Below, in pieces: positions 27,988 through 37,588 of a DNA stretch of 64,000 bases (position 1 is the stretch's first letter; each line of letters opens with the position of its first letter). The DNA is from an uncultured Verrucomicrobiae bacterium. GTDB lineage: Bacteria > Verrucomicrobiota > Verrucomicrobiia > Chthoniobacterales > Terrimicrobiaceae. The translations under genes were made by a program, and so were the position numbers. Where the stretch lies: contig CAVPOC010000010.1 in the NCBI GenBank assembly GCA_963706955.1, positions 64,001 to 128,000 of the forward strand, in the 5' to 3' direction. The notes beneath the pieces are model-generated. The model did no database searches and was not told the origin of the DNA. It was given only the letters and a program-made list of their open reading frames with translations.

Positions 27988-30802
27988 GTGAAGAATCGAC
28001 GATTGATAGGGACGTTGGCATCGTCTGTTGGAAGGCGAGCGGCAACCGCTTGTGTCTTCGCCTGCGTGCTGGCGGTGGGGTTCTCATTTTTGGGGCTGGC
28101 CAATTCGAATGCTCAAGAACAGGCGCCAGCCGCGGAGTTCGAACAGGTGTCGACCGCGGAGCTTGAGAAGCAGGCGAGCTTCATGGTGGGAGCTCAAAAG
28201 TATGATGCGGCCGTTCCGCTTCTCACGGAGCTGGTAACCAGACTCGGCGAGTCCACAGATCCCCAGTTGCAATCCAAGGTAGAAGGGTTCCGCTATTTTC
28301 TGGGCCTGGGACACGTTTTCACTGACCAATGGGACGCGGCCGCGCAGGTATTCGAAAGTTTCCTCAAGGCTCATCCGAAGAGCAATCGGTATCGCAAGGT
28401 CCTGGAGCTCCATGGCGATACGCTGGTGCAATCAAAGCGATACCCGGAGGCGGCCGAGCAATACAAGAAGCTTCTCGAGATGAAGCTGCCGGAGACCGAG
28501 ATTTTCCCGATCATGGAGAAGCTCGCCTCGTGCTACATGCGCGATCAAAAATGGACCGAGGCGATCCCAGTCCTGCAGACGATGCTGCAGAAGAGCTGGA
28601 CTCCGGAGCAGCGAGAGCAAGCGGTCGTTTGGCTTGCGCAATCTTATATTGAGTCCGACCAAGGGGCCAAAGTGGTCGAGCTTCTGCCCGACATGCTCAC
28701 GAAGGCCCCGCGGGCAAGACTGAGTATCGACTTCAATCTGGCGTTGCTGAACGGAGGCGACAAGATGTTCGCGGCGCAACAGGACGTTCTCGCGCTCCTT
28801 TTCTACAATCTGGTCCTGCCGCCGGCGCGACTCCTCGAAGCCAACAAGAAATATCAAGCCGAGCTGGAGTGGTGGAGAGAGCAAGTGCGCAAGTCAGGAC
28901 AGCAGCTCGAGCTGGTGGTCGATATCAATCGGCGCATCCAGGATCTGCAGAACGAACGCACCCAACTGGAGGCAATTCCAGATTTTTCCGAAGACCTCCT
29001 CATGCGCATCGCCCAGGCCTATTTCTCCGCCGGCACGCCTTTACGAGACGTTCTGGACCTACTGGAAAATCTATGAGGACTTATCCGAACGGAAAGCTGG
29101 CCGAGGATTCGTGTTACGGCGCGTTTGCGCTTGCCGCTCAGCTCGAGCAGGACACCAAGGCGAAAGAAGCGGGGCTGAAGTATCTCTCGTCGTTCCCAGA
29201 AGGAAAGCAGTGGGAAGATGTCAGTCTCCAGCTAGGCCAGGTCTTCGTTCGCAACCGGGAATACGCTACGGCGATCGATTACTACAACGAGATCCTCAAG
29301 GTCCGGCCGGAGCATGCCTACAAAGATCAGATTCTTTACATGCTCGGATTTTCCGAGTTTCAGGATGCGCGCTTTGCGGAGGCCCGACAGACATTTCAGA
29401 CCCTCAGCCGCGAGTTCCCGAGCAGCGACAAGGCGTCGCCCGGTCTCTACTGGGTCGGCATGACATTTCTTTTTGAGGATAACTATAAGGATGCCCTCGA
29501 AGCGTTTAATCGATTCACTGAGAAGAGCACTGACGGCAGGCTCTATCAGGACGCCAGCTTCCGAAAGGCTGTCTGCCTCTACGGCTTGGAGAACTACACG
29601 TCGGCGGCGGAGAACCTAGAGAGATTTCTCAAAGAGTTTCCTACCGACACGCTCACCCCGGAGGCGCATACGCTCCTGGCCGACTGTTATGGCGCGATTG
29701 GAGAGCTCGAGAAGGCTCTTGATCACTACAAGCAGGTCGAAGATTGCGCGGTGAAGCAAAGCCAGATCGACTACGCGGCGCTTCAGATCGGTCGCATTCA
29801 CGAACAACTCGAGCAGTTCAAGGAGATGGAGGAGTGGTTCGCTCGATATCTGGAGAAATACGGGCTCAAGGGCGACTACACCCAGGCAATCTACCGCAAA
29901 GGTTTTGCGCAACAGGCTCAGGGGAAATCAAGAGAGGCTATCGACACCTACTGGCAGGCGATTGAGAAATACGGCAATGACCCCAAAGCAATGGGCATTG
30001 ATATCATCATCGATGCCTACTGCGAGGAAGGTCGCTCCGTCCAAGGTCTCCAGCCGCTCGAGATTATTCGCTCGGCTGCCCTCACCGCTGAACAGCAAAA
30101 CGAACGCACCCGCGCTCTTCGCTTCCAGCGCGCGCTCGCGCAACTTGATCCGAAAGCAATTCCACCTGTGCTGAGCGCGGAGGACGTTGCGCTGGCCAGC
30201 CCAGCCGTCTTGCTTTGGATGGCGGAAGTCCTCGAAAAGACCAACCCGACGCTCGGAGAGAGCGCTGCCCGCGCTGCCATCGACAACTTCGGTCCGACCC
30301 AATGGACCGGCGAGGCTTTCTTCAAACTCGGTAATTTCGCTTTCGACCGCCGAGACTGGAAACAGGCCGAAACTGGATTCAACAAAGCGATCAGAACGTC
30401 TCCCATGAATGACGTCGCCGCGCGAGCCACGATGCGATTGGGCGACGTCAAGCGCGCAGCAGGGGCACTTCGACGAGGCGATCAAACGCTACCAAGAAGT
30501 TCTCCAGGTCAAGGAATGGAAGGGCGAGCTCTGGCCCGCAAGCCCTCTACTTCCTCGGCGAAAGCCTCCGCGAGCAGGACAAGGAAAAGGAAGCCTACGC
30601 CTACTTTCAGCGCATCTACGTCCTCTATCCCCATTACAAGGAGTGGACCGCCAAAGCCTATCTTCGTTGCGCCGAGATTTCCGAAAAGCTCGGCTTGAAA
30701 GACGATGCTGTGCGGACGCTCGGGGAAATGCTCGCCAATCAATCTCTGCGCTCGACGCCCGAATACGCTGCGGCTGAGCAAAGACTCAAGGAGCTGCAGT
30801 AA
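27988..30802 (+). CDS. Large exported TPR-repeat protein (roughly 930 aa after joining about 4 frameshifts)
   Basis: Signal peptide, then many TPR units (AAQVFESFLKAHPKS, ARQTFQTLSREFPSS, FLKEFPTD). Frames join near 29034, 29081, 30457 and 30540. It ends AYFQRIYVLYP..EQRLKELQ* at 30802. Confidence 0.8.
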
Positions 30803-30804
30803 TC

Positions 30805-31902
30805 ATGAGGACCGCACTTGCCGCTCTTTTCTTGTTCGCCGCGCTGGCCGCCTCAAACGGCCAGACACCCGGTCAAACACCTCCCGCTCCGCCTGTTTCC
30901 GGCTACCGGGTAACGATCACCGATAGCAAGTCGGGGAAGACCAGCAACGTCCACGCTTCCAAGGCTTGCCGGAGGTCAGTTTTACCTTGTGGCAAGTGGT
31001 GGCACGATTGCCATTCCCGCCAGCACCATCTCCGCCGCCGAGTTCGAACTGCCCACGGCAGTGAGGCAGGCCTCGGAAGCATACCGCTCCGGTGATGTGG
31101 AAAAAGCCGTCTCGCTTTATCCGGCCATCGAACCGATGCGCAGCTTTGTCGCGCTGCCCAAGTGCAATGTCACCGAGGAGTTTCTCAACTTCGCCGACGC
31201 CTACCGTCAGACACGCAAGTATGCCGAAGCCGAGGCTTTGTTGCGTTCTCTGAACTTCGGTGAGAACAAGGAAGCGCCGCTCCGCGCAACCTTGATACGC
31301 GCCTTTATTCTCTGCGACAAGAACGAGACCGCCAAGGCCGAAGCTCTCATGAAGGATTTTCCTCACACCAATCCGGAGGACTTGAATTTTCCGCTCGACC
31401 GCATTGTGCGAACGCGCATTTTCCTGGCGAATGGAAAATTTCACGAGGCGGCCCTTGAAGCGGGCGAAGCCGTCGCCATCACGCGCATCGAGGCACCGGT
31501 TTATCCAGAATCTCTCTATCTGGCAGCCGCATGCTACGAGAAGATGGGAGAAGTAGTGGAAAAGCAAAAGGCCGGTCGCGACCGGACGGAGAGCGAGAAG
31601 ATCATGGACGAGACCATCGATTACGCGGCCGTCAGCAACTCGGTGCGACAGCAGTTGGCGCTTCTTTTCTCGAACAACTACTGGGCGAAGAAAGAACCCG
31701 TCAACGTCGAGGAACTCCTCGCCGCGGCCGCCGGGGTAACTCTCAAGTCCGCCAAGAAAACCGAATTCCGCTGCCACCAGCGAGGAACAACAGCCCCAGA
31801 CTGCCGAACAAGCTCGAAGAAAAAGAAAAGCCCGTTTGGGAGAACTTTCTCAAACAACCAGAAGCCAAACCAGATAATGAAGAAATCGATAGTCAACTCT
31901 AG
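30805..31902 (+). CDS. Exported TPR-like protein (frameshifts near 30950 and 31770-31815)
   Basis: Signal peptide MRTALAALFLFAALAASNGQ; helical repeats (ESLYLAAACYEKMG). The likely true C-terminus is EEKEKPVWENFLKQPEAKPDNEEIDSQL*. Confidence 0.65.
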
Positions 31903-32776
31903 ATCCGTCGCCGGCGTTCTCGGTCTCACGACGATGGCCGTCCTGCTTGGATTCCTTCCGTTCGTGACGGATTCGCAGGCACAAGAGTCCCCTGCTCCGG
32001 CGGAACAGACCTCGCCGGAACCAGCAGGCGAACAGGCGGCCGCGCCGAAACATAAGGACAAGACCTTCTTCCAAGTCTTAAGGGAGGGCGGCATCGTCAT
32101 GATCCCGCTGGCCGCCGTTTCCGTATACATGCTCACGCTCATTATCGACAGCGTGCGCCGGATTCAGAATAAGGTGGTCTGTCCTCCCGATATCGTTAAT
32201 CTCCTGCGCTCTCAGTTCAGCGCCGGAGACTACAACGCCGCCTTCCAAACGTGCCGCTCGAAGTCCTGCTTTCTGACGAACGTCGTTAGGGCCGGACTAA
32301 GCATGCTTGGTCAGGGAAAAGAAGTCACCGAGAAGTCGATGGAAGACGTGATGGCCAAAGAGATCGCCTCGATGAATACGCGTATCTATTACCTGAATTT
32401 GATTGGTGTGGTTACTCCGATGATTGGTCTCACCGGAACCGTGCTGGGAATGATGAGCGCCTTCAAGACGCTCGGCACAAGCGGCATCGGCGATCCGTCT
32501 GCGCTTGCCGGCGCGATCGGTGAAGTTCTCGTGGCTACCGCTACCGGTCTCTTCGTCGCCATCCCCGGTTTCGCGAGCTACTATTTCTTCCGCAATCGCA
32601 TCCAGGCAGTCGCCAGCCATACCGAAGAGGTGATTAACAATCTCTTCCGCGGCATGCCATATGCCTACCTGGCGGGAATGAACATCGGCGACGATCCTAT
32701 CTACGCCGCCATCCCCAAGGAATACATGGCTGCCAACGAGCAGCCAGCGGAGTTTGCGGAGCAGCAATCCGCGTAG
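31877..32776 (+). CDS. exbB: MotA/TolQ/ExbB proton-channel protein
   Basis: GGIVMIPL, LIGVVTPMIGLTGTVLGMMSAF, LAGAIGEVLVATATGLFVAIP; N-terminal signal-like extension. Confidence 0.9.
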   Translation: MKKSIVNSRSVAGVLGLTTMAVLLGFLPFVTDSQAQESPAPAEQTSPEPAGEQAAAPKHKDKTFFQVLREGGIVMIPLAAVSVYMLTLIIDSVRRIQNKVVCPPDIVNLLRSQFSAGDYNAAFQTCRSKSCFLTNVVRAGLSMLGQGKEVTEKSMEDVMAKEIASMNTRIYYLNLIGVVTPMIGLTGTVLGMMSAFKTLGTSGIGDPSALAGAIGEVLVATATGLFVAIPGFASYYFFRNRIQAVASHTEEVINNLFRGMPYAYLAGMNIGDDPIYAAIPKEYMAANEQPAEFAEQQSA

Positions 32777-32790
32777 GTTCTTGGGGTGCC

Positions 32791-33219
32791 ATGAAGATCA
32801 GATCGCCACATGCGGAGGAGCTTGGGTTCCAAATCGCTCCCATGTGCGACGTCCTCCTCGTTTTGCTCGTCTTCTTCATTTCGATAACCGCCACCAGCGC
32901 CCTGCGCTCCGACCGTGCCATCGAACTGCCGGTGGGACCCAATGCGACAAAAAAGGCCACCGCACGTTCCGAAGCTCTCATCAACGTCAAGTGGGTTCCG
33001 GAAAAGTCCGCTGGAGTGGTCGCCCTCGAGAGCAAGGTTATCACCGAGCTTCCCGCGGTGACCGAAATGCTGGCCCCGCGCTCGAAAGCCGATCCCAATT
33101 ACCGCGTCGTCATTCGGGCGGACCGGAAGACTCCCGCCCAATATGTCGAGAAGGTCATGGCTGCGTGCGCTGAAGCCGGCATCACCGACATCGCCTTCTC
33201 GGTTTTGAACCGCGACTAG
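32791..33219 (+). CDS. exbD: ExbD/TolR biopolymer transport protein
   Basis: FQIAPMCDVLLVLLVFF with the conserved Asp; VVIRAD; AGITDIAFS. Confidence 0.9.
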   Translation: MKIRSPHAEELGFQIAPMCDVLLVLLVFFISITATSALRSDRAIELPVGPNATKKATARSEALINVKWVPEKSAGVVALESKVITELPAVTEMLAPRSKADPNYRVVIRADRKTPAQYVEKVMAACAEAGITDIAFSVLNRD

Positions 33220-33222
33220 TCC

Positions 33223-33663
33223 ATGCGCATCCACTCCGAACCCGAAGGAAATCTGGATTTTCAGATCGCTCCGATGGTCGATGTGATCTTCATCCTCATC
33301 CTTTTCTTCATGTGCTCGGCGGGCGCTACCAAGGTCGAGAATGAACTGAGCCTCAAGTTGCCAGGCCGCGTCTCGCAGGATCAGCCCATGCGCATGCTCG
33401 ACGAACAGATCATCGAAATCGAAGAGAATGGTCAGATCATTTTGAATGATCAGCAAATGGACACCGCGGCGCTGGCGGGAACACTCCAGCGCTATAAGGC
33501 CATTTCGGATGACGCGAAGTCCGGGACGGTTATCACCATCCTCACCGCCAGGAACACGAAATACCAGCGGATCATCGACGTGCTCAATGAATGCGCCGCC
33601 GCAAAGATCGAATCGGTCACCTTCATGACGCGACCAGACGAAAACAAGCTGGCCTCCCGATGA
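33223..33663 (+). CDS. exbD: ExbD/TolR biopolymer transport protein (second copy)
   Basis: FQIAPMVDVIFILILFFM; YQRIIDVLNECAAAKI. Confidence 0.9.
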   Translation: MRIHSEPEGNLDFQIAPMVDVIFILILFFMCSAGATKVENELSLKLPGRVSQDQPMRMLDEQIIEIEENGQIILNDQQMDTAALAGTLQRYKAISDDAKSGTVITILTARNTKYQRIIDVLNECAAAKIESVTFMTRPDENKLASR

Positions 33664-35053
33664 GCGACACGACCGCAAATCCTCAGGACTTCGTCACCAA
33701 GCGCAAGCAACCGCTTCTTGGCACGTTTTCGATCAGCGTTCTCATCCATGCGGCCATGATCGCGCTGCTCGGAGGTGTCGTCGTCTTCAAGGTCCTGGAA
33801 CGACCGCCTGCTCAATTCAAGCCGCCTCCGCCGCCGGCAAAGGTCACCAAACTCGAGCCGAGAAAGCTCCAGCATAAGATCAAGATTCGCGAGCAGCAGC
33901 AAAATAGCGGCCGGCCGCGCGTCTCCCCGCGCCTGACCGCTAACCGCGTCTCCGGCATCTCGCTGCCGGAGATCGAGGTGGACCCGATGGCCGAGCCGGT
34001 CAAGACAAACATTCGCAAGAGCCTCGGCAAGAATTTCTCCAAAGATGGTCTTGGCACGGGATTCGGGAGCGGAACCGGCTCCGGGGGACTTGGCCTGGGC
34101 ACCTCTACCGTAAGCTTCTTCGGAATCAACGCCAAAGGGGAACGAATTGCCTTTATCATCGATCTCTCGCGCAGCATGGTGGAAGACGAGAAAGGGGGGT
34201 TAAATGGCATCGTTGTCCTGAAGAACGAGCTCAAGAAGATGGTTGAAAAGCTCAACGATGGCACCTTCTTTAATCTTATTTTCTTCGACGACAGCGTTGA
34301 CATCTTCAAACCAAAGCTGGTCGTCGCCAAGAGCGACACGAAGAAAGAGGCCGACGCGTTCATTTCCCCTTATTACTCAGAATACGGCAAAGAACTGCTC
34401 GCAGAACTATTCCGAAGACAAGCGGAGTTGGCCCTCGGCAACGCGCCTGCGCAACTACACGATGCCGATGATGGAATCCCGAGGGAAATACGTCTCCGAT
34501 GGTGGCCACACGAACAGCCAAATCGATGCTCCTCTCGTCGCCGCCTTTCAAATGCAGGCAGACACCATCTTCATCATCAGCGACGGAGCCCCGATTTTTG
34601 AACGTGCCCTCTTTGGCAAAGAGCTCGAAGGTATACGAAAAGAAGGTGGCGGAAGCGCAGGAGAGATGGGCGAAGGTGATGGAAAAGGACCACGCAAAGA
34701 TCGAGAAAGCCAATAAGGAGAGCACGGAAAAATATTGGAAAGAAGTCGATGCGGAGAACGCCAAGCGAGCCCGTCAAGGATTGCCGCCAAAGGTTGCCGA
34801 ACAAGGAGGACCAGTCGGACTGGGCATGAGCGTCGGACGTCCGAACCTATCCACCACCGAGACCATTGACTACATTCGGGCTCTGGCGGCCGAGCTCTAC
34901 GGCGACGACAAACGAAAGTTTCCCAGAATTTATACGGTCTCCTACGGGGCCGACGCCGCCGGCGAAGCGTTCTTGAAAGCCCTCGCTCAGGAATTTCACG
35001 GGAAGTTCAAGAGGATTCGCGGCTTGGCCGATCCGGTGAAAGTTAAAGGCTAA
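33660..35053 (+). CDS. Membrane-anchored Pro/Gly-rich vWA-domain protein (frameshifts at about 34410 and 34630)
   Basis: TM SVLIHAAMIALLGG, PPAQFKPPPPP, Gly-rich linker, FFGI, MIDAS-like FIIDLSRSM, FNLIFF, DTIFIISDG, FLKALAQEFHGKF. ATGA overlap with exbD. Confidence 0.78.
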
Positions 35054-35109
35054 GAACGCCGAGCCTACGCGCTTTTCGGAGCACGTCGCTTCGCTGCGAT
35101 GCATAGAAT

Positions 35110-35266
35110 TTGTAGAAGCGCTTGTGCCAAGCGTCTGTGGATTTCGCCGGGCGTTTGACCATGCGTCCCTATAACTCGTCGATCTCGACGATTCGTTTCC
35201 CTGTAGCGGCGGCGTCCCCGCCGCCGATCCAAGAACCCTCGACGATGGGGACATCGTCGCTACAGG
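35110..35266. repeat. Two adjacent REP doublets (GTAG-AGGC family, then GTAGCGGCG family)
   Basis: 35110-35174 closely matches 16791-16856, including the GTGGATTTCGC spacer. 35200-35266 reads CTGTAGCGGCGGCGTCCCCGCCGCCG..CGACGATGGGGACATCGTCGCTACAG. Confidence 0.78.
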
Positions 35267-35337
35267 ACCTCGATCGTGCGCTGGGAAGGTGGCCTACCCG
35301 GAGCGCCGGAAATCAGAGCGCCCCAGCCCAGGACAGG

Positions 35338-35372
35338 AAAACCGCTCGGCGGAGTGTCCCCCGAGCGGTTTT
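35338..35372. terminator. Bidirectional intrinsic terminator between convergent operons
   Basis: AAAACCGCTCGG-N11-CCGAGCGGTTTT is a perfect 12-bp inverted repeat with short T tails on both strands. Confidence 0.65.
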
Positions 35373-35419
35373 GATCTGAATTAGCTTAGAGATCAGCCAG
35401 GCGTCGTTCGCCCAGCCGA

Positions 35420-36435
35420 TCAAAGGCCTGACGGGATCCGAAATTTGGGATTGCCGTTCTGGTCCCAAAGTCCCCAATGCGGCTCCCATTGACTTCCCTT
35501 CTTCCAAGGCTCATCAAAAGCCTCGAAGAGGAAAGTGGATCCGATCTGGCCGTCTTTGACGGCATTGACCATGTCGGTCGTATAGATCTTCTCATTTTCG
35601 ACGCTGGTAACCGCCTTACCATTGTCGTGCGTCTGGTCCGGCTTGAACAGCGTCCATCGCTCGGCCAGCCGACCTCCCCCAGGAGAACAGGTTTTCCATT
35701 GGCGACGTTAGCTATGGCGTAGTCATACCAGTATTTGGTGTTCTTTTTGCCTTCTTCCACCGGGAGCTTCCCATAGAACGGATAGACGGTGAACATCAAG
35801 GAATCGGCTCTCGATTCCTTCATGATCCGCTTTCCGTAATCTTTGCCCGCCCGGTAATAAGGGTTAGGACTGCCATCCTCCATCTTTTGAGGGTTGAGAC
35901 CCGAATGGAAGCCTAGGCAGGTGGTAACCTTGACATTCGCGGGGACGCTTTGCTTAACCTTATTAATATCGGCGATCAGCTGCTCAACTGAGACCGCGCC
36001 ATCCGCAAAGTCCTGGTCCAGGCATTCGTTACCGACAATGACATACTCGACGATATTCGGATACTTATTGGCCAGTTCGATGGCCTTGGTCATTTGCTCT
36101 TCAGTCGCTCCACGCCACTTGGAAGATTCATAAATTCCCAAATAGACGTTCAAGTGCGGGTAATTTTGCGCAATGAAAGGAACCAACCCTAAGACACGCT
36201 TTTCCGTCCCGTAGGTTCGGATGTACCCAAACTTCTGGACAATCTTGCTGAGATCCTCCCGATACTGAGCGTCAGTAATCGGGGGGTCGTCAGGCCGGTC
36301 AGGCGTCTGACCAGGCTTGTGGTAGGGGCCGTAGTTGACCCCGACGAATCCGGGGGCCGCGTAACTACAAGTCTCCCCCACCCCAAGCATGACCAGGCCT
36401 GCGGCGACGAACTTGCTGATAATTTTTATCTTCAT
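35420..36435 (-). CDS. Glycoside hydrolase family 17 (beta-1,3-glucanase/glucanosyltransferase), exported; frameshift near 35650
   Basis: GVNYGPY, IRTYG, VIVGNEC, GEVGWPSDG. The alternate frame continues FLFEAFDEPWK..EPHWGLWD..IPSGL*. Confidence 0.85.
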
Positions 36436-36633
36436 TTTGTTAGTTGTAATTGATTTTTGCGCATGAGATCCCCTGAAGGATTCAAGCTTCACCGAGAATA
36501 AAGTGCCGGCGTCTTTTCTTCTACGACAACGAACCGATGTTTTGCGCCAATTTGGGGTTCAGCTTGACGCTCGCCGGCGGAACTTGGTCGTTGCCTAACA
36601 GGTTGCCCGAAAAAGTCAATCAAGCTCAAAAGC

Positions 36634-36672
36634 AAAAAAACCGCTCAACGGAGCGCTGCTGCGTTGGGCGGT
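36634..36672 (-). terminator. Intrinsic terminator downstream of the lipoprotein gene
   Basis: Minus strand reads ACCGCCCAACG-N11-CGTTGAGCGGT followed by a T-run. Confidence 0.65.
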
Positions 36673-36749
36673 CGGGAGAAGACAACAACCGGTTTTCGGG
36701 TCGGAGATCTACTTACATGTCCCGGCGTGATTCGCACGGAATCCTAATC

Positions 36750-37437
36750 TTATGGTTCTTTCTTCGGCGTGGGAGATGGCGTTGGACTCGGGACTGGCTG
36801 GCGTTGGGGAACTCGTGGCGATTTCGCTGAGCTTTGCTCCGGCCGCTTCGACGAGTTTCGTGGTCATATCCTCTTTGTTTAAAGGAGCTATTGCCACCAC
36901 CCTCCAGACGCGTGGAATTTCGCTCTCCGATGCCAAGGGTGCGTTCAACCAAACATCCTTAGATATCGCGGTGACCATCAAGCCGATTCTTGGCTCTTCC
37001 TGTTCCGGCAGCGTTCTGAACTCAAAGCCAAGCTTTCGCATGGCTTGTTGAGATTCCCCTAAGCTGGTTTGTCCCGTCCCGTGGGAAATATCGAACGGAC
37101 GTCGCATCCTGAGTGGAATTCTCGAAGCTGCTGTCGTCGTCGAGCGCTCGAGAGTCGGAATAACAATGAGCTCGGCCTTTTCCTCTGTGTCGTTGATCTG
37201 AAATCCCAATGCAGCCAGCTTTCCGCGGACGAGCTCGGCCACGACGTCCGCTTCGGCGGTATCACTCATGAACGAATCGGGCACGACCATTACGGAGCGA
37301 TTCGCCGCCTGGCCCGGATCGATCACCTCCGCGGTGACTTTCACCTGCGAAGTGGTGGCGCAGCTGAAAAATGCCAGAGATAGCCCGAGAGTTAGCCCCA
37401 GCGGCCACCTGTGCAGCCGCAGATCCTTGAACTTCAT
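36750..37437 (-). CDS. Hypothetical lipoprotein with Ser/Pro/Thr tail (frameshift near 36790)
   Basis: LSLAFFS-C lipobox-like signal. One base correction gives the C-terminus SSPTPASPSPTPSPTPKKEP*. Confidence 0.65.
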
Positions 37438-37588
37438 ATTAGAACGTCAAAGGTCCGCTAAACGCATCCAAAAGAAGAAACGACCTCGTAGCCTGAAGAA
37501 TCTTCAGTTCGTTGAGGTCGTGGCGTCATGCCCAATCAGGTCTTAGTTCAACCGGCGCGCCAGCGTCCTGCAGCCCTACCTGCCGGCG

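Noticed and set aside
30989..32776. Apparent 595-aa TPR-ExbB fusion ORF
   Set aside because: The junction (FRCHQRGTTAPDCRTSSKKKK) reads as off-frame sequence. Adjacent frames give a natural acidic C-terminus ending at 31902, and ExbB has its own ATG and signal-like leader at 31877. It is most likely a frameshift artefact.
25300..33663. Flagellar interpretation of the FlgD-like and MotA-family domains
   Set aside because: No flagellar genes are present. The channel protein partners ExbD-type rather than MotB-type subunits, and the FlgD-Ig domain is fused to propellers.
20362..33678. Long antisense ORFs (e.g. 20362-21363, 21499-22764, 30917-31777, 32701-33678)
   Set aside because: They are shadows of well-supported plus-strand genes in GC-rich DNA and contain no recognisable motifs.
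9641..35266. Palindromic repeats considered as CRISPR repeats or IS ends
   Set aside because: They occur as dispersed inverted doublets with no regular repeat-spacer array, and there is no cas gene or transposase.
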